Shown here piece by piece: positions 28,800 to 38,407 of a stretch of 64,000 bases of DNA. Each line of letters opens with the position of its first letter. The stretch's first letter is position 1. This DNA is from Bacteroidia bacterium (lineage in GTDB: Bacteria; Bacteroidota; Bacteroidia; Palsa-965). The position numbers and the translations under genes were made by a program. The stretch is from assembly GCA_025454955.1 (NCBI GenBank), contig JALONL010000015.1, forward strand, positions 72,230 to 136,229, in the 5' to 3' direction. Under the pieces are notes generated by a model. That model ran no database searches and was not told the DNA's origin. It saw nothing but the letters and a program-made list of their open reading frames with translations.

Positions 28800-31178
28800 T
28801 TAAAAGTTAAAGTTCCACGTAATGGAAGGAAGTATGGGAAACAGCGATACCTGCTTGGCGGTAATGTCGAGGTTGCCTTCCTGTATGCTTCCTTCATTAT
28901 CGAAATAAATGAAGAACGGATTCATGCGGTTGTAAATATTGTACACCGCAAAATTCCAGTTGCTCTGGTAAGGCAGTTTGCCAAACAGCTTTTTCTTGCG
29001 GCAGGTGTAGGTAACCGACACATCGGCACGGTGATAGGGCACCATGCGGAAACTGTTTCGCGGGCCGTATTCGTCCACAATGGTTCCTTCTATGAGGTAA
29101 CGCGCCACGGGCAGTGTAATGGCGTTTCCTGTGCCATACACAAACACGCCGCCAAAACTCAGCCGCTCGTTGAGGTCGTACACGAGCACTACCGAAACAT
29201 CGTGACGGCGGTCGTACCGGGCGGGGAAACGCTCGGCGCTGATGTCGGGGAAATAGCGCCATGTCCACGACAGCGTATAGCCCACCCAGCCATTGAGTTT
29301 GCCAATGCGTTTTTTGAAGAAGAATTCAGCGCCGTAAGCCTCGCCGGTGCCGAATACGAAGTTGTTGTCGGTATTGTTGTTTACGTTGTCTTCGGGCAAA
29401 GCCGAGGGGGCAAACTCAATCTGGTTGTACATCTGCTTGTAATACACTTCCACCGAAGCCTCAAACATATTCTTGTAGAAGTTGCGGAAATACCCGGCAG
29501 CATACTGGTAGCCAAGCTGCGGTTTCACCACGTCGGAACACGGCACCCAGATATCGGTGGGCAGCGAAATGGGCGAAAGCGTGGCCAGATGCACATACTG
29601 GTAGTTCTGCGTGAACGATGCTTTTACCGACGATTTTTCGTTAATCAGGAAACGCATCGAAAGGCGCGGCTCGAATCCGCCATAGTCGGCCACTTTTTGG
29701 CCACGGGCGTAAGAAATGGTGTCTACCACCGTTTGCGTCACATCCTGCACAAACCTGTCGAACGCTCCTACCTGCATGAAATACGAGTAACGCAGACCGA
29801 TACTTACCAGCAGCCGGTCGGTCACATTCCAGTCGTCGTTAATATACACGGCTGCTTCGTGGGCAAACTGGCGTTTCAGTCCGCCGAGGTCGAATTCAAT
29901 ATCATCCTGCCGGGCCGAGGCATTGTTGGGTGTAAAAATGTGCCAGGTATAATTTACCCCGAAACGCACATAGTGTTTGGTATTGGGCACCCAGCTGAAA
30001 TCCACTTTCTGGTTAAAATCGCGGATGCCGGAAAACAGTTTGAACGCAAAACCATCCTGCCCGGCCTCAAACGCAAACTGATAATCGCTGAACACCGAAG
30101 TGGCATTCATAAACAGCCTCGGCCCGAAGAGGTGGTTCCAGCGCAGCGAGCCGGTGGCATTGCCCCAGGGAATATTTACGGCAAAATCATCGCCCGAATT
30201 GGAAAAGGTAAACACATCGCGCCCGAAATAACCGCTCAGAAACACGCGGTTTTTGCTGTTGATGTTCCAGTTTACCTTGGTATTGAGGTCGTAGAAATAA
30301 TAGCCCGAACCTTTAAACGGCGAATCGTCTTTTATAAACGGCTCGGCCAGCACATCAATATACGTGCGGCGGCCGGAGATGATAAAGGAAGCTGTGTCTT
30401 TCTTTATCGGCCCCTGCACGGTAAGGCGCGAGGCAATTACCCCGATTCCGCCATCCACATCAAACTGCTGGCTGTTTCCGTCTTTCATGGAAATGTCGAG
30501 CACACTGGCCAGTCGGCTGCCGTACTGGGCGGGCATACCGCCTTTTATGAGGCTGAGGTCTTTTACCGCATCGCCGTTAAATACCGAGAAAAAGCCGAAA
30601 AGGTGACCGGCATTGTACACCGTGGCCTCGTCGAGCAGGATCAGGTTCTGGTCGGGACCGCCGCCGCGCACGTAAAAGCCGGAGTTTCCTTCGCCCGCGC
30701 CTTTTACCCCGGGCGTAAGCTGTATGGTTTTGAGAATATCCACCTCGCCCATGAAAGCCGGAATTTGTTTCACCTGCTTCATATCGAGCCGCACGGTGCT
30801 CATTTGCACATCCTGCACGTTGGCATCGGCCTTCTGATCGGTAATTACCACCTCTTTCATATCGGTGGTTTTGGCTTTCAGCTTAATATCGAGCGTGGTG
30901 TTGGTGGTAAGCCTGATGGTTTGGGTATGAGTTTCGAGGCCGAGAAATTGTACCTGCAGGGTGTAGGTTCCGGTATCCACCGTGAGGCTGTAAAACCCGT
31001 AGGTATTGGAGGTAGTTCCGGCCGTTGGGCTTCGCAGCGAAACCGTGGCACCGATAATGGCTTCGCCGGTGGCCTCTTCCTTTACGTAGCCGCTCAGCGT
31101 ACACCGCGCGCGGGTATTTTGGGCCGAAAGGGAAAAAACGGCGGGAAAAAGGCATAAAAACAACAAAAATCTAATCAT
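28800..31178 (-). CDS. TonB-dependent receptor
   Basis: SGYVKE..TGE.IIGA, SNTYGFYSL, GEVDILKTIQLTPGV, VRGGGPDQNLILLD, terminal ITWNFNF; start at MIRFLL (31178). Confidence 0.92.
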   Translation of the reverse strand: MIRFLLFLCLFPAVFSLSAQNTRARCTLSGYVKEEATGEAIIGATVSLRSPTAGTTSNTYGFYSLTVDTGTYTLQVQFLGLETHTQTIRLTTNTTLDIKLKAKTTDMKEVVITDQKADANVQDVQMSTVRLDMKQVKQIPAFMGEVDILKTIQLTPGVKGAGEGNSGFYVRGGGPDQNLILLDEATVYNAGHLFGFFSVFNGDAVKDLSLIKGGMPAQYGSRLASVLDISMKDGNSQQFDVDGGIGVIASRLTVQGPIKKDTASFIISGRRTYIDVLAEPFIKDDSPFKGSGYYFYDLNTKVNWNINSKNRVFLSGYFGRDVFTFSNSGDDFAVNIPWGNATGSLRWNHLFGPRLFMNATSVFSDYQFAFEAGQDGFAFKLFSGIRDFNQKVDFSWVPNTKHYVRFGVNYTWHIFTPNNASARQDDIEFDLGGLKRQFAHEAAVYINDDWNVTDRLLVSIGLRYSYFMQVGAFDRFVQDVTQTVVDTISYARGQKVADYGGFEPRLSMRFLINEKSSVKASFTQNYQYVHLATLSPISLPTDIWVPCSDVVKPQLGYQYAAGYFRNFYKNMFEASVEVYYKQMYNQIEFAPSALPEDNVNNNTDNNFVFGTGEAYGAEFFFKKRIGKLNGWVGYTLSWTWRYFPDISAERFPARYDRRHDVSVVLVYDLNERLSFGGVFVYGTGNAITLPVARYLIEGTIVDEYGPRNSFRMVPYHRADVSVTYTCRKKKLFGKLPYQSNWNFAVYNIYNRMNPFFIYFDNEGSIQEGNLDITAKQVSLFPILPSITWNFNF

Positions 31179-31208
31179 AACCCCCTGCTTAGGTATTTTT
31201 TCGAGCTG

Positions 31209-31216
31209 CAAAGGTA
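31209..31216 (-). promoter_or_regulatory. Sigma-A -7 element for the TonB-dependent receptor
   Basis: TACCTTTG on the minus strand. Confidence 0.55.
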
Positions 31217-31297
31217 CTGAAAGCCAATGCGCTGTTTACTTTTAGCATATTTTTAGACGTGAAAATGTGTTAAAGTTGCGCGAAAAGAGAAAGTTCT

Positions 31298-31305
31298 TAC
31301 ATTTG
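31298..31305 (+). promoter_or_regulatory. Sigma-A -7 element for tRNA-Pro
   Basis: TACATTTG upstream of the tRNA. Confidence 0.6.
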
Positions 31306-31362
31306 CACTCCCGCTAAGACGTTGGAAACGGTAAAATGTTCACCACCTGGCGGAAATAAAAT

Positions 31363-31435
31363 CGGGGTGTAGCGCAGTTGGTAGCGTACCAGCATGGGGT
31401 GCTGGGGGTCGTGAGTTCGAGTCTCGCCACCCCGA
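31363..31435 (+). tRNA. tRNA-Pro (GGG)
   Basis: Cloverleaf: acceptor CGGGGTG/CACCCCG, anticodon stem CCAGC/GCTGG with loop ATGGGGT, T-loop TTCGAGT; CCA not encoded. Confidence 0.95.
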
Positions 31436-31440
31436 CTTTT

Positions 31441-31472
31441 AGAAAGGCCTTTCAAGGGCCTTTCTTTTTTTT
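31441..31472 (+). terminator. Terminator after tRNA-Pro
   Basis: AGAAAGGCC / GGCCTTTCT followed by a T-tract. Confidence 0.8.
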
Positions 31473-31577
31473 GCTCAGTCCCGACTTTGTATATCTGCTT
31501 TCTTTGGCTTTTTGGTAAAAGTTGCACTTCCCTTTTGCTTTCCACAATACAGCATAAGGCGGTCTGAAGAACGGATC

Positions 31578-31619
31578 GTCAGTCAACAATCAAAATTCAA
31601 CAATCTTCAATCAACAATC
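31578..31619. repeat. Degenerate heptamer tandem repeat
   Basis: ..AACAATC AAAATTC AACAATC TTCAATC AACAATC; TCAACAATC recurs at 31583, 31597, 31611. Confidence 0.6.
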
Positions 31620-31628
31620 CAAGCGGCT

Positions 31629-32780
31629 CTAAGGACTTACCAAATTCAAGCTAATAGTAAAATAAAGAGGATTGGTCAATTGGTTTACCATCACGTAAGG
31701 AGCGTCGTTTACAAGACCAAAGCCACGATAAATTTCAGCTCCGTCTGCTAAACGATCCACATCATAACGATAGTTGATGCGATAGCCGGCTTGCACCGAC
31801 ATCCAAACGAAACCTTTCAGGGAAAATTCATACATCAAACGTACACGAATTTCACCGCGACGAATTTCCAAATCTTCACGTCGCATATCGAAATTCGCTG
31901 ACGGTTCATTATTGCGATACAAACGGTAACTCTGTCCTTCCAGTTCGTAGCCTGCAAACACCATATTACGACTGTTGATGGTTCTGCGCACATGAGCACG
32001 GGCCGGGAATAAAATTTCAGTGCCCCATTTGTTGGAAGCATCGGTCCAGTTGAATAACACTATCGGGATATAATTCATTTCCCCGACCCGGTACGTTCTG
32101 GATACACCAATCCCCCACTGCTTGCGCTCTGTAGGTCGTTTACCCCAAATAGCAGCAGCAGAATATTTTAAATATCTGGCAGGCATTAATTTCGATAGTT
32201 GAAAATCACCGCTCATATCCACAGAACCTTGAAACAACAAAAACTGTTTGTCGTTAAGTGGTTTAAATACGGTGGTGTTTATGCCCATGGTGCGCAAGCC
32301 GTTATCGCGCAAGGCCGTCAACATCGGATTGCTTAACGAATTGCCATCTTTAAATTCGTATTTCTGCTCCCAATAGTTCGCGCCCAATTGCCAAACCAGG
32401 CTCGTTTTGGAAACTACCGGTATGTTGCAGGCTAAACGCAAGCCATGCGAATAAGCTACTTCGCCGGTATCGGGATTAAAATTTCCCCAGGGTGCAAAGG
32501 GCGACTGCGACCGCAAAGAGTCTGCGATCATTTGATAACCCATTTGGTAATCGTAACCGACGGAAATTAATTTCGCCGGACTCAAACCTTCTATTTTCGG
32601 ACTGCAGAAACGCTTTGCGCCATCGTCGGCAAAACCAACGTTATCATACTGACCGTAATCTTCATCGTCCGCGGCACCACCTGTAGTATCTACTTGTGCA
32701 TGAAGCGAAGAGCAGGACAATGCCAATAATGCCGCACACCACGTACGCGTGATGTGGACTGAGTAGCGTTTTAACATCAT
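31629..32780 (-). CDS. DUF6268-like outer-membrane beta-barrel protein
   Basis: Signal peptide, amphipathic strands, YIPIVLFNW and EILFPA motifs. Confidence 0.6.
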   Translation of the reverse strand: MMLKRYSVHITRTWCAALLALSCSSLHAQVDTTGGAADDEDYGQYDNVGFADDGAKRFCSPKIEGLSPAKLISVGYDYQMGYQMIADSLRSQSPFAPWGNFNPDTGEVAYSHGLRLACNIPVVSKTSLVWQLGANYWEQKYEFKDGNSLSNPMLTALRDNGLRTMGINTTVFKPLNDKQFLLFQGSVDMSGDFQLSKLMPARYLKYSAAAIWGKRPTERKQWGIGVSRTYRVGEMNYIPIVLFNWTDASNKWGTEILFPARAHVRRTINSRNMVFAGYELEGQSYRLYRNNEPSANFDMRREDLEIRRGEIRVRLMYEFSLKGFVWMSVQAGYRINYRYDVDRLADGAEIYRGFGLVNDAPYVMVNQLTNPLYFTISLNLVSP

Positions 32781-32782
32781 GA

Positions 32783-33244
32783 CTATTTCTTAACGACCAA
32801 TCGTTTCCAAATGTCGGTACGTCCCAAAGCTGAAACACCGATATAACCGCGAATTTCCAAGGTATTCTCGTCGGTCATATTAATAGTACAACTGTAGGTA
32901 CTGCCGTTCAACGGATCGTAAATGGTTCCGTCAGCCCATTCGTCTTTGCCTTTGTACACGAAGTCTTTCAGCATACGGTAACCTTTCAAAGGCACATTAC
33001 GCAAGCCCGGATCAGGGTTATTTATATCTGTTTTGGGCTGATTGGTTTTCGGATCCATTGGTTCCTTTAGCCACACTATTTTCCCGTAATACTTCGTACC
33101 GATTTTTTCCACTTTCACACGGGCACGTCCGTTACTGGGTTCCCAAACACCTAAAAGACGATCTCCGTCTTTCGTGTCTTGTACAAATCCCGAAAACAAT
33201 CCTCCGAAGAGAATAATGACCATGGCTACAATAAACTTTTTCAT
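32783..33244 (-). CDS. DUF2147-family protein
   Basis: GVW, YYGKIVWL, W..GTIYDP.NG.TY, L.IRGYIG.S.LGRT..W.R. Confidence 0.88.
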   Translation of the reverse strand: MKKFIVAMVIILFGGLFSGFVQDTKDGDRLLGVWEPSNGRARVKVEKIGTKYYGKIVWLKEPMDPKTNQPKTDINNPDPGLRNVPLKGYRMLKDFVYKGKDEWADGTIYDPLNGSTYSCTINMTDENTLEIRGYIGVSALGRTDIWKRLVVKK

Positions 33245-33306
33245 TCTTGCTGGATTTTAGTTTGACGAATAAGATCTGTTATACAAATTGTATTCCCAAA
33301 TTTCGT

Positions 33307-33819
33307 TTAGTGGTAAGTAAGTTCAAATTCGAACGTACCCTTAAAGGTGATGTCCCCCTCAATATCCGCCGCCAAACCCGCGTCCACCACAATGTAGAAT
33401 TGTTTTTCCTTAAAATAATCATCGGCATTTGCCTCCAAAGAAGGTTTTAAAGTTACCTTAGTTGACCCCGGCGCTATGGGATTGAGCACTGCCAATTCCA
33501 CCATTTTAAGATTAGGATTATCACCCGCCAGACTTACTACAAAAGAATTGATACCATCAAAATTCGCAGAGTCCGCAGCTGTAATTTGAGCAGATTTGAG
33601 CACTGCTCCGGTAATTTCTGAACCGTCAGCGTATTTGTCGCCGAGAATAGATTTTAAATCAACTGCGTACGTGTATTGCGCAGGATTTGAACCTTCGAAC
33701 AAAGGTCCGCTCAGCGTAAATTCCACGTTCTCAATTTTGTATATTGTTTTTTCACCACCACCGCAGCCAGCGAATACAGCAGCAAAAAGTAAGATTAAGG
33801 TGTAAATAATTTTTTTCAT
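33307..33819 (-). CDS. Hypothetical lipoprotein
   Basis: Start at MKKIIYTL; lipobox FAGC. Confidence 0.7.
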   Translation of the reverse strand: MKKIIYTLILLFAAVFAGCGGGEKTIYKIENVEFTLSGPLFEGSNPAQYTYAVDLKSILGDKYADGSEITGAVLKSAQITAADSANFDGINSFVVSLAGDNPNLKMVELAVLNPIAPGSTKVTLKPSLEANADDYFKEKQFYIVVDAGLAADIEGDITFKGTFEFELTYH

Positions 33820-34472
33820 GCTGCAATATATTAAATATTCAACCATCCGGGTCAGGAATTTCATGCCGCCGGAAATCTTTTTCATGGCTTCCGGCCTCAG
33901 AGGCTGTCAGGTATTTTTCTTTCAATTGTTTTTGAACGATGCTTACCAACACATCGTTGTTCTTTTCGCCGGCCCCGACGATACTGCCGGAACAGGTATC
34001 GCCTCAAAAACTGCCTCAATCTGACAAAAATCCTTCAAAAACAAAGCGTAAAAAAACCTGATAGTTTCTGATTTATTTGTTCGGCAATACTATTTTTTAG
34101 ATACGCTGACATTAATTTAGGATTATAAACTGATGAAAATTAACCCATTTAACATTAAAATAAATCTATTATTTTTTGCAATTAAACGTCTGTTAATAAA
34201 AAAAATATCAGATAACGTGTTGTGACTTTCTATTTAATAATATAAATGTTTTAAATAATAAAATATTTAATCTTCATTATTTACAGCTAAAATGGACACA
34301 AATAATCTATCCGGAATATTTTTAATTTAAATTAAATCCACCCTAATTCCATTTATAAACATTTACAAACGGATAAATATATTTTTAATAATTTATTTTA
34401 ATTATAAACTATATGATTGATAGTAATTGATGCGGTAGTTTAGCCGCTCTTAAATCTCAAAAAAACAACTCC

Positions 34473-37400
34473 ATGAAATCAAAATCCTTACGCAGGCTTT
34501 TTAAGCTGGTAATTGGCACTGCCATGACGGTGCTGCCAATTACGTCCGTGGCACAAGTAATTAATGTGTCCCCAATCGGTTCTCCTTGTGTTGACCCGCC
34601 GTTGTGTATAGTAAACGGCGATCTTGGTTCAATTGCCACCGGAGACATGAATTCAAATGCAGCTACAACAGTAAATGGCTGGTATGTATCACACGGGGAT
34701 CCTACCATTTTTGGTAACGATGCCCCCACAGGCAGCAATTCACGTTCGGTGTGGATGTGGTCTTACCTGCACTCGTCGGGTACACAGCGGGGTGAAGGTG
34801 TTTATACGTGTTACAATTTTCAGGAGCACCAGCAATACACCGTGTGCCTCTGGGTGCGCAACACCAATGGTGTGAGCGATGGAAACCTGCGTGTGGTGGC
34901 CGCAAGCGGGCTTACCAACATAGGCCCCACATCATGGTCGCCGATAGCCAATCCTGCTTCGCAGCAATTAATTTCAAGTGCGTTTTCGCACAGTGCCACC
35001 TGGGTACAACTGACTTACACGTTTACACCTTCGCAAAACTTCACGCAACTGTGGATCTATCCGTTTAAGCCCACACAGCCCGTAAACGGCCAGCAGTATG
35101 AGTTGCAGATAGACGATATCCGGGTTACTCCCGGAGCAGCGGGTGCAACGCCGGGAATCTCGGCCAGCCAATCTGTAATAAACTGGTGTGGCAGCAGCAC
35201 ACTTTCGGTGTCAAACGTGCCGCCGGGAGCTACAGTAACATGGGCACCGGCTATCGGACTCAGCTCTACTACCGGCGCTACCGTAACAGCCAGTCCCTGC
35301 GCAACTACAACCTACACCGCAACCATTACACCGGGTATAGGCTCAGGCTGCCCCACCTGCGGCATGACTACGCCAATGTCTTTGACGCAGCAGGTGCTGG
35401 TAGTACCTCCGGCGGTGGGCATTACAGGCAATACATCAGTACAGTGCGGCGGTACACTTAACCTTACCGCTGTGCCTTCACTTAATTGCGGCGCGGTAAC
35501 TTACTCATGGACAGGTCCCGGAGGTTTTACAGCAACCGGCCAGTCTATTTCAATTCCCAACGTAAACTCGGCACGCGCCGGCACCTATAATCTGGTGGTG
35601 AGCAATGCCAACGGCGGATGCCAGGTACCCATTTCGGTAAACGTAACCATTACCAACTGCCCGCTTTGCGAATTACCTCCCAACTGTATTCAAAATGGCA
35701 CACTTGCTTCAAACGGCACCGGCGATCTTAACTCGCCTGTAGTGGTAAGCGGCTGGAATGTTTCGCACGGTTCGCCCACGGTGTTTGGTAATGATGCACC
35801 TACCAACACCACAAACAGTTCAATATGGATGTGGTCGTACTCCGGTGCGGGCGAAGGTACCTATACCTGCTACAATTTTGAGGAGCACAAACAATACACC
35901 GTGTGTTTCTGGGTGCGCAACACCAACAGCATAGCCAACGGCGGACAGTTGTTTGTACGTGCGGTAAATGGTTTTAGCAACATTGGCCCCACAAGCACTA
36001 CTGTTCCCAACCCTGCATCGGTACAAACCATTGGTACCAACCCGGGCAACAACCAAACCTGGCAGCAAATTACCTACACGTTTACAGCCAATGCCAACTA
36101 CACACAACTCTGGTTTTATCCCCTCATGCTCAATGGCCCGGTAAACAACCAGCAGTATGAATTGCAGATAGACGATATTCGTGTAACTCCGGCCTTAAAC
36201 CCGGCTTCGTTAAGTATTTCGGCAAGCCCCACAGCTATTACCTGGTGCGGCAGCAGCACACTTTCTGTAGCGGGTGTACCTCCCGGATCAACAGTTACCT
36301 GGGCTCCCGCTCTTGGATTAAGCTCTACCACCGGCGCAACTGTAACGGCAAGTCCCTGCGCAAGCACCACATACACTGCCACCGTTACACCACCGGTACT
36401 GGCAAACTGCCCTGCCTGCACAAATGCCGGCCCGGTAACCTTAACACAACAGGTACTGGTTATTCCTCCCGCCATCGGCATTACAGGAACCACAACCCTG
36501 GACTGCAAGGACACGCTTAATCTTACGGCTGTACCTTCGCTTAATTGCAGTGCGGTATCATACGACTGGACCGGCCCCAACGGTTTTATAGCTCATGGCC
36601 AGTCTATTTCAATTGCCGGTGTAACCGAACTAAATGCCGGCGTATACACCCTCACTGTTTCAAACGCAAACGGCGGTTGTATAGAGACGATTTCTGTAAA
36701 TGTGATTATAGCGAAATGTCCGTGCGAAGCCAAACCCGAATTTAAAACCGACGGCTGCAATCCTGTTTCATTCGAGGGAGGAAACAACAGCACCTCACAG
36801 GTCATCAGCTGGTTCTGGGAATTTGGCGATGGTAACACATCGACCTTGCAAAACCCGGTAAATTTCTACGCTGCGGCAGGTTCATACGAAGTGTGTCTGA
36901 CCATTGTGGCAAAAAACTCAGATGGTGAAATCTGCTGCGAACGGGTATGTAATAAAATAGAAGTATGTGGTCCGCCCAAGTGTGGCATTGTGGCCCGTAT
37001 TCTCACATCGCCCGATAAAGCTAAACCGCTTACTGTAAACTTTACAGATGCTTCGGCCACCGTGGTTGGCGGTTCGGTTTGCTGGTATGAAATAAACTAT
37101 GGCGATGGCTCGCCCGCTTACGCCGGATCATCTTTACCTTCAAGTTACACGTACGCCACAGCCGGAAGTTATGAAGTATGCTATGAAGTTACTGTATGTA
37201 TTTATGATGCTAATGGCAACGTTAGTGAGCGGTGTACCGATAAATATTGTGAAAAAGTGGAAGTTAGCGGAAGTAAGAAATCTTCGGCAAGAATGGGCCA
37301 ATCAACAGAAACAGAAGAAACCGGTAGCATTAAAGTATTCCCCAATCCGGCAAACAACAACCTGTTTATTAATATCGAAAATATGGAACAGGCCACCGTA

Positions 37401-37559
37401 CAGATTTTCAATGTAAATGGCCAGGAAATGAGCGCTCCCACACTCACAGCCAAAAACGTATGGCAGGCCGATGTATCGGCATACAGCCCCGGCATTTATG
37501 TGGTTGTGGTAAGAGATAGCAATGGAAAAGTGGAAAGAAATGTATTCGTGAAAGAGTAG
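34473..37559 (+). CDS. T9SS-secreted protein with two tandem ~353-aa repeats, Ig-like and PKD domains and type A CTD
   Basis: Internal duplication (QQYELQIDDIRVTP twice, 1059 bp apart); PKD motifs WFWEFGDG and INYGDG; C-terminal KVFPNP...PGIYVV CTD. Confidence 0.88.
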   Translation: MKSKSLRRLFKLVIGTAMTVLPITSVAQVINVSPIGSPCVDPPLCIVNGDLGSIATGDMNSNAATTVNGWYVSHGDPTIFGNDAPTGSNSRSVWMWSYLHSSGTQRGEGVYTCYNFQEHQQYTVCLWVRNTNGVSDGNLRVVAASGLTNIGPTSWSPIANPASQQLISSAFSHSATWVQLTYTFTPSQNFTQLWIYPFKPTQPVNGQQYELQIDDIRVTPGAAGATPGISASQSVINWCGSSTLSVSNVPPGATVTWAPAIGLSSTTGATVTASPCATTTYTATITPGIGSGCPTCGMTTPMSLTQQVLVVPPAVGITGNTSVQCGGTLNLTAVPSLNCGAVTYSWTGPGGFTATGQSISIPNVNSARAGTYNLVVSNANGGCQVPISVNVTITNCPLCELPPNCIQNGTLASNGTGDLNSPVVVSGWNVSHGSPTVFGNDAPTNTTNSSIWMWSYSGAGEGTYTCYNFEEHKQYTVCFWVRNTNSIANGGQLFVRAVNGFSNIGPTSTTVPNPASVQTIGTNPGNNQTWQQITYTFTANANYTQLWFYPLMLNGPVNNQQYELQIDDIRVTPALNPASLSISASPTAITWCGSSTLSVAGVPPGSTVTWAPALGLSSTTGATVTASPCASTTYTATVTPPVLANCPACTNAGPVTLTQQVLVIPPAIGITGTTTLDCKDTLNLTAVPSLNCSAVSYDWTGPNGFIAHGQSISIAGVTELNAGVYTLTVSNANGGCIETISVNVIIAKCPCEAKPEFKTDGCNPVSFEGGNNSTSQVISWFWEFGDGNTSTLQNPVNFYAAAGSYEVCLTIVAKNSDGEICCERVCNKIEVCGPPKCGIVARILTSPDKAKPLTVNFTDASATVVGGSVCWYEINYGDGSPAYAGSSLPSSYTYATAGSYEVCYEVTVCIYDANGNVSERCTDKYCEKVEVSGSKKSSARMGQSTETEETGSIKVFPNPANNNLFINIENMEQATVQIFNVNGQEMSAPTLTAKNVWQADVSAYSPGIYVVVVRDSNGKVERNVFVKE

Positions 37560-37573
37560 TTTAGTAAATCTAT

Positions 37574-37619
37574 AAAATCAAAACGGCAGCTCTTTATACA
37601 GGGCTGCCGTTTTGATTTT
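37574..37619. terminator. Bidirectional terminator
   Basis: AAAATCAAAACGGCAGC / GCTGCCGTTTTGATTTT, 17-bp inverted repeat. Confidence 0.85.
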
Positions 37620-37632
37620 GTAATGTGGCAAA

Positions 37633-38262
37633 TTACTTTTTGCCTGCCGAAAAAAGGTTACCCAGGTTGTAGCTTACACCAATTTCCACCATTGAATTGG
37701 CATTAAGGATTCTGTATCGCGGAAATTTATTAAAAAGCGAGTATTTGGTATATACGGTAATGGGCAGCGGACGTTTGGCGGTTGAAAAATCTTTCCCCAC
37801 TCCAAACGATATTCCTGTTATCAGGTTGCGGGTTCCGTTTCGGTTAATAAGGCCCGGCAGGTTGCTGTTTTCGCCCTCAGTGCCGAAAGAACGCTGTACG
37901 CCAAGCATGGGTTCGAGGGTGGTAAACCAGCCTTTTTCGTTCATTTTATGAAACTGGTAACCTGCCGTAAACATGCGGTTGGGCTCGTTGAAGTTTCGAT
38001 AGAAATAAGCGTAGTTTAACGTGACCAGACGGCTTTTCACAAAGGTTTTTGAGGGTTTGCCGGCTTTGCCGGTTTCTGTGAGTTTGCTGGTGAGTACATA
38101 ATCGGCACCCACTTTCAATCCGTTCCAGCGGCTCAGGCCAATATCCGACAAATGCAAAATCACATCGCCGGGCTTTGCAGACGAAACGGTTTGTGCAGAA
38201 AGGGCGGTAAACGACAATGCAGCGGTAAACAATGCAAGTGCAAGGGTGTAAGAGGTTTTCAT
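37633..38262 (-). CDS. Secreted/outer-membrane hypothetical protein
   Basis: Signal peptide and 8-strand-like amphipathic pattern ending VEIGVSYNL. Confidence 0.65.
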   Translation of the reverse strand: MKTSYTLALALFTAALSFTALSAQTVSSAKPGDVILHLSDIGLSRWNGLKVGADYVLTSKLTETGKAGKPSKTFVKSRLVTLNYAYFYRNFNEPNRMFTAGYQFHKMNEKGWFTTLEPMLGVQRSFGTEGENSNLPGLINRNGTRNLITGISFGVGKDFSTAKRPLPITVYTKYSLFNKFPRYRILNANSMVEIGVSYNLGNLFSAGKK

Positions 38263-38407
38263 GACTATAATTTTTACTTGTTTAATGCATAGACAGGGTG
38301 GCCGGGCCTCCCCCCCTATGCATCGTTAGATTTTTTTTAGGCGGGTTTATTTAACAAGTGTGGATAAGGTGTACAACTGGTGCAAAAGCGTATCCTTGTA
38401 CTATACT

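Noticed and set aside
28785-31157. 790-aa plus-strand ORF, and similar long antisense ORFs (9313-10398, 24154-25104, 52138-52989)
   Set aside because: Shadow frames opposite well-supported genes in GC-rich DNA, with no recognisable motifs.
33845-34000. Possible gene fragment on the minus strand (…GSIVGAGEKNNDVLVSIVQKQLKEKYL…)
   Set aside because: No start codon context or recognisable family; cannot be supported without a homology search.
31470-34470. Genomic island integrated at tRNA-Pro
   Set aside because: No integrase and no long att duplication; the genes are ordinary Bacteroidota envelope families. Only the weak 9-bp echo was kept as a low-score finding.
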